A DNA stretch of 64,000 nt, taken from an uncultured Acidobacteriota bacterium. GTDB lineage: Bacteria > Acidobacteriota > Terriglobia > UBA7540. Position numbers and translations under genes: made by a program. Below, piece by piece: positions 29,441 through 41,727 of the stretch. How positions within the stretch are numbered: position 1 is the stretch's first letter; each line of letters opens with the position of its first letter. The stretch is from the NCBI GenBank assembly GCA_963804995.1, contig CAWDSK010000002.1, positions 96,001 to 160,000 on the forward strand, read 5' to 3'. Below the pieces are notes generated by a model. The model worked only from the letters and a program-made list of their open reading frames with translations, was not told the DNA's origin and ran no database searches.

Positions 29441-30556
29441 ATGGAATTTTCTACTAGCAAATCTGATCTCCTCAAAGAGTTGACACTGACTCAGGGAGTC
29501 GTGGAAAAAAAGACGACCATTCCCATCCTCTCCAACCTATTGTTTGAGGTTGAGGAATCCACCCTGCGCATCAGCGCTACGGATCTTGACTTGGGCATTC
29601 GCTGTGGATGTCCCGCCAAGGTGAAAGAGGGTGGTTCGGGGACGATCCCGGCGAAACGGTTGTTTGAAATTGTCCGCTCCTTGCCCGACGCGGAAGTTCG
29701 CTTCAAGGTTCTGGAAAACCACTGGGTACAGGTGACGTGCGAGCGCTCATCCTTCAAATTGGTGGGAATGGCCCGGGATAACTTCCCGGTCCTCCCGGTC
29801 GTCCCCAAACCCCTTGCCACCCTTCCGGCGAGCGTGTGTGGCGGGATGATCCAGAAGACCATCTTCGCAATCTCCAACGAAGAATCCCGATACACCTTGA
29901 ATGGCGCGTTGCTGATCTTGAAGCCGGAAAGCGCCAGCATGGTGGCGACGGATGGGCATCGGCTGGCGCTGGTCGAGCGTGATGTTCAGGTGCAGGGACT
30001 GAAGAATGAGTTGCGTGTTCTGGTGCCCAAGAAAGCGATGGCTGAACTTCTCCGTCTGCTATCGGAAGTCGAAGAGGATACGCCCGTGGATCTTTCGAAA
30101 GATGACAGCCATCTCTTTTTCGAAATTGGCAGCCGCGTCTTGATTTCGCGCATGCTGACCGGGCAGTTCCCCAACTATGAGGCGGTCCTCCCCCGCGACA
30201 ATACCCGGATTGTGGAATTAGACAAGGAGCAGATTGCTGCGGCCATCCGCCGTGTCGCTCTGCTTGCGGATGAACGTTCACATGCCGTGCGCATGCAGGT
30301 GGAAAAGGATCGCGTGGAAATATTCTCCTCCAGTGGCGAGTACGGTGAAGCGCACGAAGTGGTGGACGCCACCTACGACCAGGAATCCATGCAGATTGGT
30401 TTTAACTACCAGTACCTGCTGGATTTCATGGCCGTCGTCGGCGATGGGGGGAAAATCCGGTTGGAGTTGAAAGACGAGCAAAGCGCGGGGCAACTACGCC
30501 CGGCTGAGCAGGGCGCTTATCGGTACCGCTACGTTGTCATGCCCATGCGGATCTAG
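29441..30556 (+). CDS. dnaN: DNA polymerase III beta sliding clamp
   Basis: PILSN, ATD, VATDGHRLA, GQFPNYE and VVMPMR motifs. Confidence 0.98.
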   Translation: MEFSTSKSDLLKELTLTQGVVEKKTTIPILSNLLFEVEESTLRISATDLDLGIRCGCPAKVKEGGSGTIPAKRLFEIVRSLPDAEVRFKVLENHWVQVTCERSSFKLVGMARDNFPVLPVVPKPLATLPASVCGGMIQKTIFAISNEESRYTLNGALLILKPESASMVATDGHRLALVERDVQVQGLKNELRVLVPKKAMAELLRLLSEVEEDTPVDLSKDDSHLFFEIGSRVLISRMLTGQFPNYEAVLPRDNTRIVELDKEQIAAAIRRVALLADERSHAVRMQVEKDRVEIFSSSGEYGEAHEVVDATYDQESMQIGFNYQYLLDFMAVVGDGGKIRLELKDEQSAGQLRPAEQGAYRYRYVVMPMRI

Positions 30557-30563
30557 CCGAAGT

Positions 30564-30614
30564 TGTAGCGTCCCGACCTGTCGGGATACCTGCCGACCTG
30601 AAGGTCGGCGCTAC
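30564..30614. repeat. GTAG-type REP palindrome
   Basis: GTAGCGTCCCGACCTGTCGGGA...GCCGACCTGAAGGTCGGCGCTACA just after dnaN. Confidence 0.7.
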
Positions 30615-30682
30615 AAGTGCGGGAAGGCGGCAGCGGGGGAAGCAGGATGCGCAGAGGACCGAAGTGAGAAGGGTCCGCCTGA

Positions 30683-33202
<2,520 letters not shown>

Positions 33203-33208
33203 ACCGCT

Positions 33209-33415
33209 ATGGAAAACACCGAAGGCCATCCTGATTGGGAAGACTTTGAGGCCGCAGCCAAAAGACCGATAGAGCAACATATACGTAATTCGTTTATCCA
33301 CACCTACAAGCCCGTTCTGGATGATACGGAGTACCGCTCGTTCGACACCATGGAGGAGTATCGTCAGTGGTGTCAAAGCAATTTGCCGCGCTGGCTTGGC
33401 TATCATCGAGACTGA
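33209..33415 (+). CDS. Small hypothetical protein (possible partner of the adjacent nucleotidyltransferase)
   Basis: 68-aa ORF starting 6 nt after the gyrB stop. Confidence 0.55.
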   Translation: MENTEGHPDWEDFEAAAKRPIEQHIRNSFIHTYKPVLDDTEYRSFDTMEEYRQWCQSNLPRWLGYHRD

Positions 33416-33424
33416 TTCCTTTAA

Positions 33425-33640
33425 TTACGCAACGGCCCCTATGATGTGGACCTGATCTTTGCACCCGACGGCATCGAAAGATTTGAGGATGCCTGGAAGC
33501 GGCGCCTCGAACGCCACGGTTTCCCGGTTGCCAGTATCGATGACATTGTGCGAAGCAAACAGGCGGCGAACCGTCAGAAGGATCGGGAATCACTGCCACG
33601 ATTGTTGTCCTTCAGGGACTGGTTGAAGCAGCACAGGTGA
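33425..33640 (+). pseudogene. C-terminal fragment of a nucleotidyltransferase-like protein
   Basis: LRNGPYDVDLIFAPDG...[19 protein letters not shown] (K..A.R.KD motif). Preceded in frame by a stop; no N-terminal domain. Confidence 0.55.
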
Positions 33641-33655
33641 ATTTCTGGAATCGCC

Positions 33656-33726
33656 TGGGCGACATCCTCGAACCCCGCCGCCAGTTCATCGAAGACAACG
33701 CACTGGATGTGAAGAACTTGGATATC
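33656..33726 (+). repeat. Duplicated 3' end of gyrB
   Basis: 62/71 nt identical to 33129-33199; translates [23 protein letters not shown]. Confidence 0.92.
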
Positions 33727-33745
33727 AAACCCTGCGTGGGTTAGA

Positions 33746-33790
33746 TTGACCCGAGTTCAAACCAAGTGTATACTTCGTAGTGTACACTTT
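33746..33790 (+). promoter_or_regulatory. Promoter/operator of the antitoxin-PIN toxin operon
   Basis: TTGACC-N17-TATACT overlapped and followed by AAGTGTATACTT and the palindrome AGTGTACACT. Confidence 0.6.
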
Positions 33791-33807
33791 GGCTAGGATG
33801 GCGATTT

Positions 33808-34050
33808 ATGGTTGTCACTGCGAAACAATTGCGCTTAAACACCTCAGGGATCCTGAAGAGGGTTCAACGCTTGGGTTCCGTTACGGTCACGTTGCGAGGC
33901 AAGCCCATCGCGAGGCTATCCGCTCTGAAGACAAAAGAGCCAATGCGCGTTGAAGACCATCCTGCCTTTGGGATGTGGGCCGACCGGGAAGACATGAAGG
34001 ATGTTCGTGCTTGGCTGAAAAAGATCCGCACTCCCAGGTACCTGCGTTGA
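33808..34050 (+). CDS. Phd/YefM-type antitoxin
   Basis: TAKQLR...VTVTLRGKPIARL...AFGMWADR. TTGA overlap with the toxin gene. Confidence 0.82.
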   Translation: MVVTAKQLRLNTSGILKRVQRLGSVTVTLRGKPIARLSALKTKEPMRVEDHPAFGMWADREDMKDVRAWLKKIRTPRYLR

Positions 34051-34430
34051 TATTCGACACAGACATTCTCATCTGGGTACACCGCGGCCTGCCCGCGGCT
34101 GCCCGGTTCGTCAATAGCGTTCCACTGCCGGACCGAAATTTGTCAGCTATCTCCTACATGGAGCTTCTGTACGGAAGCCGCGATGCCGGTGACCTGAGAA
34201 ATATCGAGAAGATGGTGGAGGAATTGTTCACCGAAGTCGTTCCCATAACCGACAGCATCAGCGTGTCAGCGGTGCGCATCATGAAATCGTTTGTTCTGGC
34301 GCATCGCCTCGATGTGAGTGACGCGCTGATTGGTGCTACCGCGCTTATTCGCCAAGAATCGCTGGCAACCGCCAACTATAAACACTTTAAGTTCATTCCC
34401 GGACTTAGCGTGCGGAGGTTTCACCCCTGA
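34047..34430 (+). CDS. vapC: VapC PIN-domain toxin
   Basis: IFDTDILI, SYMEL, DALIGATA and TANYKHF PIN motifs. TTG start. Confidence 0.88.
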   Translation: MIFDTDILIWVHRGLPAAARFVNSVPLPDRNLSAISYMELLYGSRDAGDLRNIEKMVEELFTEVVPITDSISVSAVRIMKSFVLAHRLDVSDALIGATALIRQESLATANYKHFKFIPGLSVRRFHP

Positions 34431-34793
34431 GCAAGACCTTGGGGTGCGGCCTTCGGATCACCGGAGCGGGAGGCAAAAGAACTGCGCCTCACAACTTGGC
34501 ATACCTATCTTGTCTTAGACCCCAATTTTCTGACAAACAGCAACGTTATTCTCTTGACATTCGTTACTACTATGATACCATAGATAGGTAGTCTAAGATT
34601 CTTGGTGGGAAACCTGCCCACGGACCCGCTCAGCAATGCGCCACACTCCATGAACCCTCGTTTCCGACGAATCCCGAAACCATATTCCAGGCACGGCCAC
34701 ACCGGCTGCCCCAATCCTTAACTGCTTAGCATTGGCTACCATGCGCTAACCACTAACCACTTACCACTAACCACTGCTCTTCGGAGGTCTTCC

Positions 34794-35909
34794 ATGTCGC
34801 TCGTCAAAAAAACCACCCTGACCAAAAGGAAAGCTGCCGCCAATCGGCGTAACGCGAGTCAATCCACAGGTCCGGCGACGCCGGAGGGGAAGGAGCGCAC
34901 AGGCGCCGCCCACCTGCGTCATGGCTTTTATGCCAAGGCGCAGGAGGACGCTTTGCGCGATTTGGGCGAGGACCCTGCCCACTTTGAGGAACTGCTCGCC
35001 GGACTGCGCCAGGAATTCACACCCCAGGGCGCCTTGCAGGACGAATTGGTTATCCGTCTGGCGCGAGTGCTGTGGCTGATGGGCCGCGCCGATCGCTCGC
35101 AGGAGGGCGCCGCGCTGCGCCGCGCCAGGAGCGCCGACCAAGGGCGCGACAACCGGCTGCACGCGCAGATGATGCGCCTCAAGATGACGGCGGAGCGATT
35201 GCGCTTGCTCGTCAAATCCGTAGCGCGCGAGCATTACGTCACCACTCCCGAGGACCTCGAAAAAATGAAGAACTTGCACCAGGAGGAAGTGTTAAAGGAT
35301 ATGGGCGATATCACTCTGGCCCTCTTCTACCAACTCCAGGCCCCGGGCACGGATGAGAACGGCATTGACGAGATGGAGAAAGCGCGCAGAATGGTCGCCC
35401 AGGCCAAGGAGATCTTTGGCATTGGTGCGACCGCCTCGTTCCCGCCCCAAGCGAACGTGGCGCCGGGTTCCAGCCAGCAGGAAACGCCATCCAGCGAAGC
35501 TTCGGGCGTTAATCCGGCGCCTGCCGACCCCGGGGTGGGCGCTACAGAAGAGGAAAAGGATGAGCGATATCCCAACATCATTGCGGCGGATTGGGAGGCG
35601 CGGGAGCGTCCACGCCAGCTTCTGGAGAATATCCTCACCCGGCAGGTGGAGAGTTGCGAGGCTCAGCGTAAGGCCCTCCTGAGGGAGTCGGTGGCCGGTC
35701 CTTCACCTTACGAACTCGCCGCGGAAATCGCTCCCAGCCACGCCGATGCCTTGCTAATGCGCCGAATGCAAGATGCCAACATGCGGGAAGTCCGCCGACT
35801 CACCAACCTGCTGCTGAAAATCAAACGCCAAGAGGGCAAAAGGGAAGCCGTGGAAGCGAGCGAAGAGGATATTCAAAGCCACGATATAATAGAAAACAAA
35901 GGCAGTTAG
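34794..35909 (+). CDS. Hypothetical protein of the NAxxSTGPxTxEGK-motif family
   Basis: GGAGG ribosome-binding site; AANRRNASQSTGPATPEGK...RHG...EDP N-terminus; helical body; 371 aa. Confidence 0.75.
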   Translation: MSLVKKTTLTKRKAAANRRNASQSTGPATPEGKERTGAAHLRHGFYAKAQEDALRDLGEDPAHFEELLAGLRQEFTPQGALQDELVIRLARVLWLMGRADRSQEGAALRRARSADQGRDNRLHAQMMRLKMTAERLRLLVKSVAREHYVTTPEDLEKMKNLHQEEVLKDMGDITLALFYQLQAPGTDENGIDEMEKARRMVAQAKEIFGIGATASFPPQANVAPGSSQQETPSSEASGVNPAPADPGVGATEEEKDERYPNIIAADWEARERPRQLLENILTRQVESCEAQRKALLRESVAGPSPYELAAEIAPSHADALLMRRMQDANMREVRRLTNLLLKIKRQEGKREAVEASEEDIQSHDIIENKGS

Positions 35910-36104
35910 CGGTAAAATGGCGGAAATGTCCAAACACCTATGTTCCTGAAATTAAATAACATAGCGCGTGACAATGATGGGAGGTCCAGCGAAAAGGGGG
36001 AATTAAAAATGAAGGTTAAAGCCACAATGTTGTTGAAAACACATGTAGAAAAAATGTCAGTTTTCCGCAAAGCCACGATGTTTATGATAATACAAGTAGT
36101 TAGC
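35873..36104 (+). repeat. Array of about 4 degenerate AT-rich ~33-bp repeats
   Basis: Copies at ~35873, 35931, 36017 and 36068; consensus AAAGCCACGATGTTnnTGAAAAyAAAnnAGTTAG. Confidence 0.7.
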
Positions 36105-36219
36105 AACAAAACCCAGCAAATACTTTTAACGTCGGTTTGGGCCAAACACAACTCCCATTCGGCGCTGAAATCCGGTAAAATGGAATGTACGAGATTACGA
36201 ACACTAAGGACCGCAATTC

Positions 36220-38736
36220 ATGGGTGATCAGGAACTAATAAAGCCGTCGCGGGACATTCCCGTCAACATTGAAGACGAGATGCGCAAGTCGTATCTCGAT
36301 TACGCGATGAGTGTGATTATTGGCCGCGCCCTGCCCGATGTGCGCGACGGGTTGAAGCCCGTCCATCGCCGCATTCTCTACGCGATGTACAAAGAGGGCA
36401 ACACCTCCGACAAGCGTTACATCAAGTGCGCGGGCGTGGTGGGCGAGGTCATCAAGAAATATCACCCGCACGGTGATGCGGCGGTTTACGACACGCTGGT
36501 ACGCATGGCGCAGGACTTCAATATGCGCTACCCGCAGATCGACGGCCAGGGCAACTTCGGATCCGTGGATGGCGACCCGGCAGCGGCATACCGGTACACG
36601 GAATGCCGTCTGGCCCGCCTTGCAGAAGAGTTGTTGGCCGACATTGAGAAAGACACCGTGGACTTCATTCCCAACTTTGATGAGTCCACGGAAGAGCCCA
36701 CCGTGCTGCCCACGCGCGTTCCGAATCTGCTGATCAACGGCTCGGATGGCATTGCTGTGGGCATGGCCACCAAAATTCCGCCCCACAATCTGACGGAGAT
36801 TATCGAAGCGACGATTCTGTTGCTGAGCAAACCCACCGCTTCCATCGACGAGGTGCTGGCGCTCGTTCCGGGGCCGGATTTCCCTACCGGCGCCTACCTT
36901 TACGGCAAGAGCGGGATCAAGTCCGCCTATTCGACGGGCCGGGGCCAGTTCACCATGCGCGCCAAGGCGGCCATCGAGCGCCCCGCCAAGGAGAAGGTGC
37001 AGATCGTCATCACCGAGATTCCCTTCCAGGTGAACAAATCCAAAGTCATTGAGCGCATTGCCGAACTGGTACAGGACAAAAAGATTGAGGGAATCTCCGA
37101 CATTCGGGATGAGTCGGACCGCGACGGCATGCGCATCGTCATTGAGATAAAGCGCGGCGAGCAGCCGGAAGTCATCCTGAACAATCTGTACAAGCACACC
37201 CAGCTTCAGGAGACGTTTGGCATGATCATGCTGGCCATCGTGCATGGCCAGCCGCGCACGCTCCCTCTCATCGACGCTTTGCAACTCTTCATCGACCACC
37301 GTGTCAATGTGGTCCGGCGCCGCACCGAGTACGACCTGCGCAAAGCCCAGGAACGCGCCCACATTTTGGAAGGTTTTCTCAAGGCGCTCTCGCAGCTTGA
37401 CGCCATCATCAAGCTGATTCGCGCCTCCAAGACTCCCGCCGAGGCCCGCACGGGATTGATGACGCGGTTCGAATTTACGGAGCGCCAGGCGCAGGCCATC
37501 CTGGAAATGCAGTTGCAGCGCTTGACCGCTATGGAGCGCGACAAAATCCAGGCGGAGTTTGACGAGCTCCAGAAGAAGATCGCCGAGTACCAGGAAATCC
37601 TGGCCAGCGACAAAGTGCTGAAGAAAGTCATCGTCAACGAGCTGAAGGAAATTCAGAAAACTTACGGCGATGTCCGGCGCACGGAGATTATCGAGGAGCA
37701 GGCCGATATCAAACTGGAAGACCTGATTGCCGATCAGGACGTTGTCATCACGGTTTCGCATTCCGGTTACACCAAGCGCACACCGCTCAGCATCTATCGC
37801 CAACAGGGGCGCGGTGGCAAGGGCCGGCTGGGTATGAAGACGCGCGAAGAGGATTTTGTTGAAAACCTCTTCATCGCCTCCACCCACAGCTACATCCTGG
37901 TCTTTACCAACGCCGGAAAACTCTACTGGCTGAAGGTGTATGAAATCCCTGATGTCGGCGCCGCGGGCAAGGGCAAGCATATTTTGAATCTGGTTAACCT
38001 GTCGAAAGAAGAAAAGGTTGCCGCCGTGGTGGCCGTGAAGGAGTTGCCCGAGGAGCCGAAGGACGTAACCGTGGAGGGTGAGACGCTGGCCGCGGAAGGC
38101 TACATTACCATGGTCACGCGCCAGGGCATCATCAAGAAGACCCGCCTGGCTGACTTTTCCAATCCCAACTCGCGCGGCATCATCGCCATGAAGATTGAAG
38201 AAGGTGACGAGCTCATCGCCGCCCGCCTTACTTCCGGCCGCGACAACATTTTCCTGGCCTCCCACGAAGGCATGGCGATTCGCTTTCCCGAGGCTGACGT
38301 GCGCGATATGGGCCGCGCCGCCTACGGCGTTTACGCCATGGATCTGGAAAAAGGCGACTACATCGTCGGCATGGAAATCGTGGGCGAAAAGGAACTGATG
38401 CTCTCGGTCACCGAGAAGGGTTACGGCAAACGCACGGCGATTACGGAGTACCGTTTACAGTCGCGCGCCGGCAAGGGCGTCATTAACGTCAAGACCGTGG
38501 AGCGCAACGGCAAGGTCGAGGGAGTGCTGCGGGTCACCGAGGAATCCGAGGTGATGATCATCAGCCAGCAAGGCAAGATCACCCGCCTCGATTCCAGTGA
38601 GATCCGCGAAAGCGGTCGCTCCGCCCAGGGCGTGCGGCTGATCAACCTCGAAGAGGGAGACCAGGTCGCGGCGGCTTGCCTGATCAGAAGCGATACCAAT
38701 GGCAGTGGGCCCACGCAAGGAGTCCTGATTCAATAG
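36220..38736 (+). CDS. gyrA: DNA gyrase subunit A
   Basis: [22 protein letters not shown] and GyrA-box QGRGGKG. Confidence 0.98.
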   Translation: MGDQELIKPSRDIPVNIEDEMRKSYLDYAMSVIIGRALPDVRDGLKPVHRRILYAMYKEGNTSDKRYIKCAGVVGEVIKKYHPHGDAAVYDTLVRMAQDFNMRYPQIDGQGNFGSVDGDPAAAYRYTECRLARLAEELLADIEKDTVDFIPNFDESTEEPTVLPTRVPNLLINGSDGIAVGMATKIPPHNLTEIIEATILLLSKPTASIDEVLALVPGPDFPTGAYLYGKSGIKSAYSTGRGQFTMRAKAAIERPAKEKVQIVITEIPFQVNKSKVIERIAELVQDKKIEGISDIRDESDRDGMRIVIEIKRGEQPEVILNNLYKHTQLQETFGMIMLAIVHGQPRTLPLIDALQLFIDHRVNVVRRRTEYDLRKAQERAHILEGFLKALSQLDAIIKLIRASKTPAEARTGLMTRFEFTERQAQAILEMQLQRLTAMERDKIQAEFDELQKKIAEYQEILASDKVLKKVIVNELKEIQKTYGDVRRTEIIEEQADIKLEDLIADQDVVITVSHSGYTKRTPLSIYRQQGRGGKGRLGMKTREEDFVENLFIASTHSYILVFTNAGKLYWLKVYEIPDVGAAGKGKHILNLVNLSKEEKVAAVVAVKELPEEPKDVTVEGETLAAEGYITMVTRQGIIKKTRLADFSNPNSRGIIAMKIEEGDELIAARLTSGRDNIFLASHEGMAIRFPEADVRDMGRAAYGVYAMDLEKGDYIVGMEIVGEKELMLSVTEKGYGKRTAITEYRLQSRAGKGVINVKTVERNGKVEGVLRVTEESEVMIISQQGKITRLDSSEIRESGRSAQGVRLINLEEGDQVAAACLIRSDTNGSGPTQGVLIQ

Positions 38737-38797
38737 CCACCGTACAGTTGCAGGATCACCAGGGCACGGGTTGCCGTGCCCCTTATTTGCAACCGGG

Positions 38798-38905
38798 GGT
38801 AGTAGGTCAATTTAATGTAGAGGCGGCGGAATTCATCCCGATCTTATCGGGACGCCGCCATTTGGCGAGGTAAACTCGCCGCTACGACATCAAATTGACC
38901 CACCA
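38798..38905. repeat. REP-containing MITE-like palindromic element, copy 2
   Basis: Imperfect inverted ends GGTAGTAGGTCAATTT / AAATTGACCCACC around the same core as 11486-11616. Confidence 0.8.
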
Positions 38906-38963
38906 ACGAAGCGGGTTGAGAGTTGAGCCCAGTCGCGCTATTCTGAGATGTGGGGTTGTAGTC

Positions 38964-39785
38964 ATGGATGAACTGGAAAGCAAGCTACAGCGGCTGGAGT
39001 CGCAACTGGGTCAGTTGCCTTCGTTGATCGTCGCCTACTCGGGCGGCGTGGATTCCGCATACCTTGCCTATGCGGCCCACCACGCGATGGGTAAGCGCAT
39101 GCTCGCGGTGACGGCTTTGAGTGCCAGTTACTCCGCGCGCGACCGCGCCGAAGCGGAGAAATGCGTAGCGCGCTTCCAGTTCCCCCACGAGTTCATCACG
39201 ACCGATGAGCTCGCGAATCCGAGCTATCGCGCCAATCTCGGGGACCGCTGCTATTTCTGCAAAGATGAGCTTTTCGTAAAGCTCGACGAACTGGCTGGCC
39301 AGCGCGGCATTGCGGCCGTTGCCTACGGAATTAATGCGGACGATCTGGGTGACTGGCGCCCCGGCCAGCAGGCCGCCCGCGAGCACAAAGTTTTGACGCC
39401 GCTGCTCGATGCGGGAATGACCAAGGCGGATATCCGCGAACTCTCGCGTCGCGTCGAACTGCCCGTATGGGATCGTCCCGCGTCCGCGTGCCTTTCCTCG
39501 CGCATTGCTTATGGAATTGAAGTAACGCCGGAGCGCCTGGCCATCGTCGAGAAAGGCGAAGAGGCCCTGCGCGCGCTCGGCTTCCGCCAGTTCCGCGTGC
39601 GCTATCACGAAGAGCTGGCTCGCCTTGAAATTTCTCCGGAGGAAATGCCGCGGGCACTCGACCCGGAAATGGCCCGCAAGTTTGTTGAGATCTTCAAAGC
39701 CCTGGGCTTCAAGTTTGTCACCCTGGACCTGGAAGGCTACCGCACCGGGTCCATGAATTCTCTCCTGGTGAGCATTCAGAAGTAG
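38964..39785 (+). CDS. larE: ATP-dependent sulfur transferase of the LarE family
   Basis: AYSGGVDS PP-loop, RCYFCK, RPG, ACLSSR, RVRYH and DLEGYRTGS motifs. Confidence 0.9.
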   Translation: MDELESKLQRLESQLGQLPSLIVAYSGGVDSAYLAYAAHHAMGKRMLAVTALSASYSARDRAEAEKCVARFQFPHEFITTDELANPSYRANLGDRCYFCKDELFVKLDELAGQRGIAAVAYGINADDLGDWRPGQQAAREHKVLTPLLDAGMTKADIRELSRRVELPVWDRPASACLSSRIAYGIEVTPERLAIVEKGEEALRALGFRQFRVRYHEELARLEISPEEMPRALDPEMARKFVEIFKALGFKFVTLDLEGYRTGSMNSLLVSIQK

Positions 39786-39824
39786 ACTTCAACTGCACCC
39801 CGCTGTAAAAATCGGAGGTCGTGC

Positions 39825-40754
39825 ATGCGCGCTCGCAGTCTGGTTGTAGTAGGTCTCCTCCTTGCGTTTTCTGCACCGTGCGGCGCGCAAAATCAGAACC
39901 TTGCCCAACGGCTTGGATATCCTTCTGATGCAAAATTACTGATCCTCCACGCTGATGACTTGGCGGTCGCGCACTCCGTGGACATGGCCACCTTCGAGGC
40001 CTTGAATCAGGGCGCCGTGTCATCCGCCAGCATCATGATTCCGTGCCCATGGCTCACCGAAGTGGCGGAGTACGCCAAGGCTCACCCCGAGGCCGACCTC
40101 GGCTTGCACCTCACCTTGTCGAGTGAATGGAAGAGCTACCGATGGGGATCCATCTCGCCGCGCGACCAGGTGCCGTCACTCTTCGATCCGCAAGGCTATC
40201 TCTGGCCGACGACGGCCGAGGCGGCGCCCCGTATCAATCCGCAAGAAGCCGAGCGCGAAATACGGGCGCAAGTAGAGACGTCCTTGAGGATGGGAATCCA
40301 CCCCACCCATCTCGACTCCCACATGGGAGTGCTGTACACCAAACCTGCCCTGGTGGCGGCTCTCGCGAATGTTGCGCATGAGTATCACATCCCATTCCTA
40401 TTGCTGAAGGTCCCCGGCGCGCCTCCCAACATGTACGCAGCCATTAAGCCTACAGACGTGCTTGTCGACCACTTGTTCGTGGCCAGTCCGCCCATCAAGG
40501 CGGATGACTGGTTGAGCTACTACACGCACCTTGTCGAGACGCTCCCCACCGGCGTTTCGGAGTTCATCGTTCACCTCGCCTACGACGACGCCGAAATGCA
40601 GGCCATCACGGTAGATCATCCCGACTACGGCAGTGCCTGGAGGCAGCGCGATTTCAACGTTATGACCAGTCCGGAATTCCGCCACATGCTGGAGGAGAAC
40701 CACGTCCGGTTGGTAACGTGGCGAGAACTGGGCAAGCTGCTGCCGATGCAGTAA
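39825..40754 (+). CDS. YdjC/ChbG-family carbohydrate deacetylase with signal peptide
   Basis: LILHADD, GLHLTL and THLDSHM motifs. Confidence 0.88.
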   Translation: MRARSLVVVGLLLAFSAPCGAQNQNLAQRLGYPSDAKLLILHADDLAVAHSVDMATFEALNQGAVSSASIMIPCPWLTEVAEYAKAHPEADLGLHLTLSSEWKSYRWGSISPRDQVPSLFDPQGYLWPTTAEAAPRINPQEAEREIRAQVETSLRMGIHPTHLDSHMGVLYTKPALVAALANVAHEYHIPFLLLKVPGAPPNMYAAIKPTDVLVDHLFVASPPIKADDWLSYYTHLVETLPTGVSEFIVHLAYDDAEMQAITVDHPDYGSAWRQRDFNVMTSPEFRHMLEENHVRLVTWRELGKLLPMQ

Positions 40755-40831
40755 GCCGCCGGTGGCTTCACGCCGCCACGTCCACTGGCCGGATAAGGCT
40801 ATGTCCGGAGCCTGGCGATTCGTAATCGCCG

Positions 40832-41726
40832 CTACTTCGCAAATTCCTTTGCGACTCGAATTGTTCGGGTGTGGATTTCGACGGTGTCCTCTACGCGGCG
40901 GGCATAACCTCCGGCGAGCGTGACTGCCACTGGGATTTTCCTGGCGCGGGCCTTCTCAAACACCAACCGGTCGCGCCGCTCGAGTCCCTCAGAGAGAGCC
41001 TTAGCCCGCCGAGTTGGTCATTTTGATAAGGGTCCGCCCCCGCCACGTAGAACATCAGGTCGGGCTGGAATCCGCTGAGCGCTTGGTCGAGGCCTTTTTC
41101 AAGCTCCTGCAAGTATTCCGCGTCTTCGACCGCGTCGCGCAGGTCGATGTCAAGCGTGCTGGGAGGCTTGGGGTAGGGATAGTTGTTTACCTGGTGGATG
41201 GAAAGAGTGTACACGGTGTGATCGCCGGCGAAGATCGCGGCGGTCCCGTTGCCTTGATGCACATCGCAGTCCACCGTCATGGCGCGCTCGATGACTTTGT
41301 CTTTCTGCAAGCGGCGAATGCCGATGGCGAAATCGTTCAGCACGCAGAAGCCTTCGCCATGATCGGGATAAGCGTGATGAAAGCCCCCCCCACGTTTACG
41401 GCTACGCCGCCTTCGAGCGCCAGGCGTCCCGCTAGAATCGACCCGCCTGCCGAGCGCCACACGGCGCGCACCAGCTCGGGGGAGTAAGGGATTTCCAGGC
41501 GCAGGATTTCAAGGTAGGAAAGTTTGCCGGCCTGCAGCTTGCGGATATAGTCGCGGTGGTGGACCAGCGCCACATCCTCATCCGACGCCGGCGGCGGCTC
41601 GACAAAATCCTCCGGACCGGCAATTTGGTCACGCAATACCTTCTCTTTGATCAAGCGATATTTGATGGAGGGAAAAACGTGGCTCCCCAGATTCAAGTCG
41701 TATTGGTCAGAGTAAACGAGTTTCAA
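40832..41726 (-). CDS. Histone-deacetylase-family amidohydrolase; two single-base frameshifts (~41388 and ~40990), probably assembly errors
   Basis: The pieces join to HVFP...GGGFHHA...GFC...DCDVHQGNGT...GADP...LAGGY. Each break is one missing G in a G run. Confidence 0.85.
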
Positions 41727-41727
41727 G

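Noticed and set aside
36235..38265. 676-aa minus-strand ORF (and similar long ORFs opposite gyrB, araB, the activase and the macroglobulin)
   Set aside because: Antisense frames of conserved high-GC genes; no protein motifs.
40832..41726. Phase variation of the HDAC gene via its G tract
   Set aside because: A second independent one-base deletion and similar indels elsewhere in the window point to homopolymer sequencing errors. Cannot be excluded without reads.
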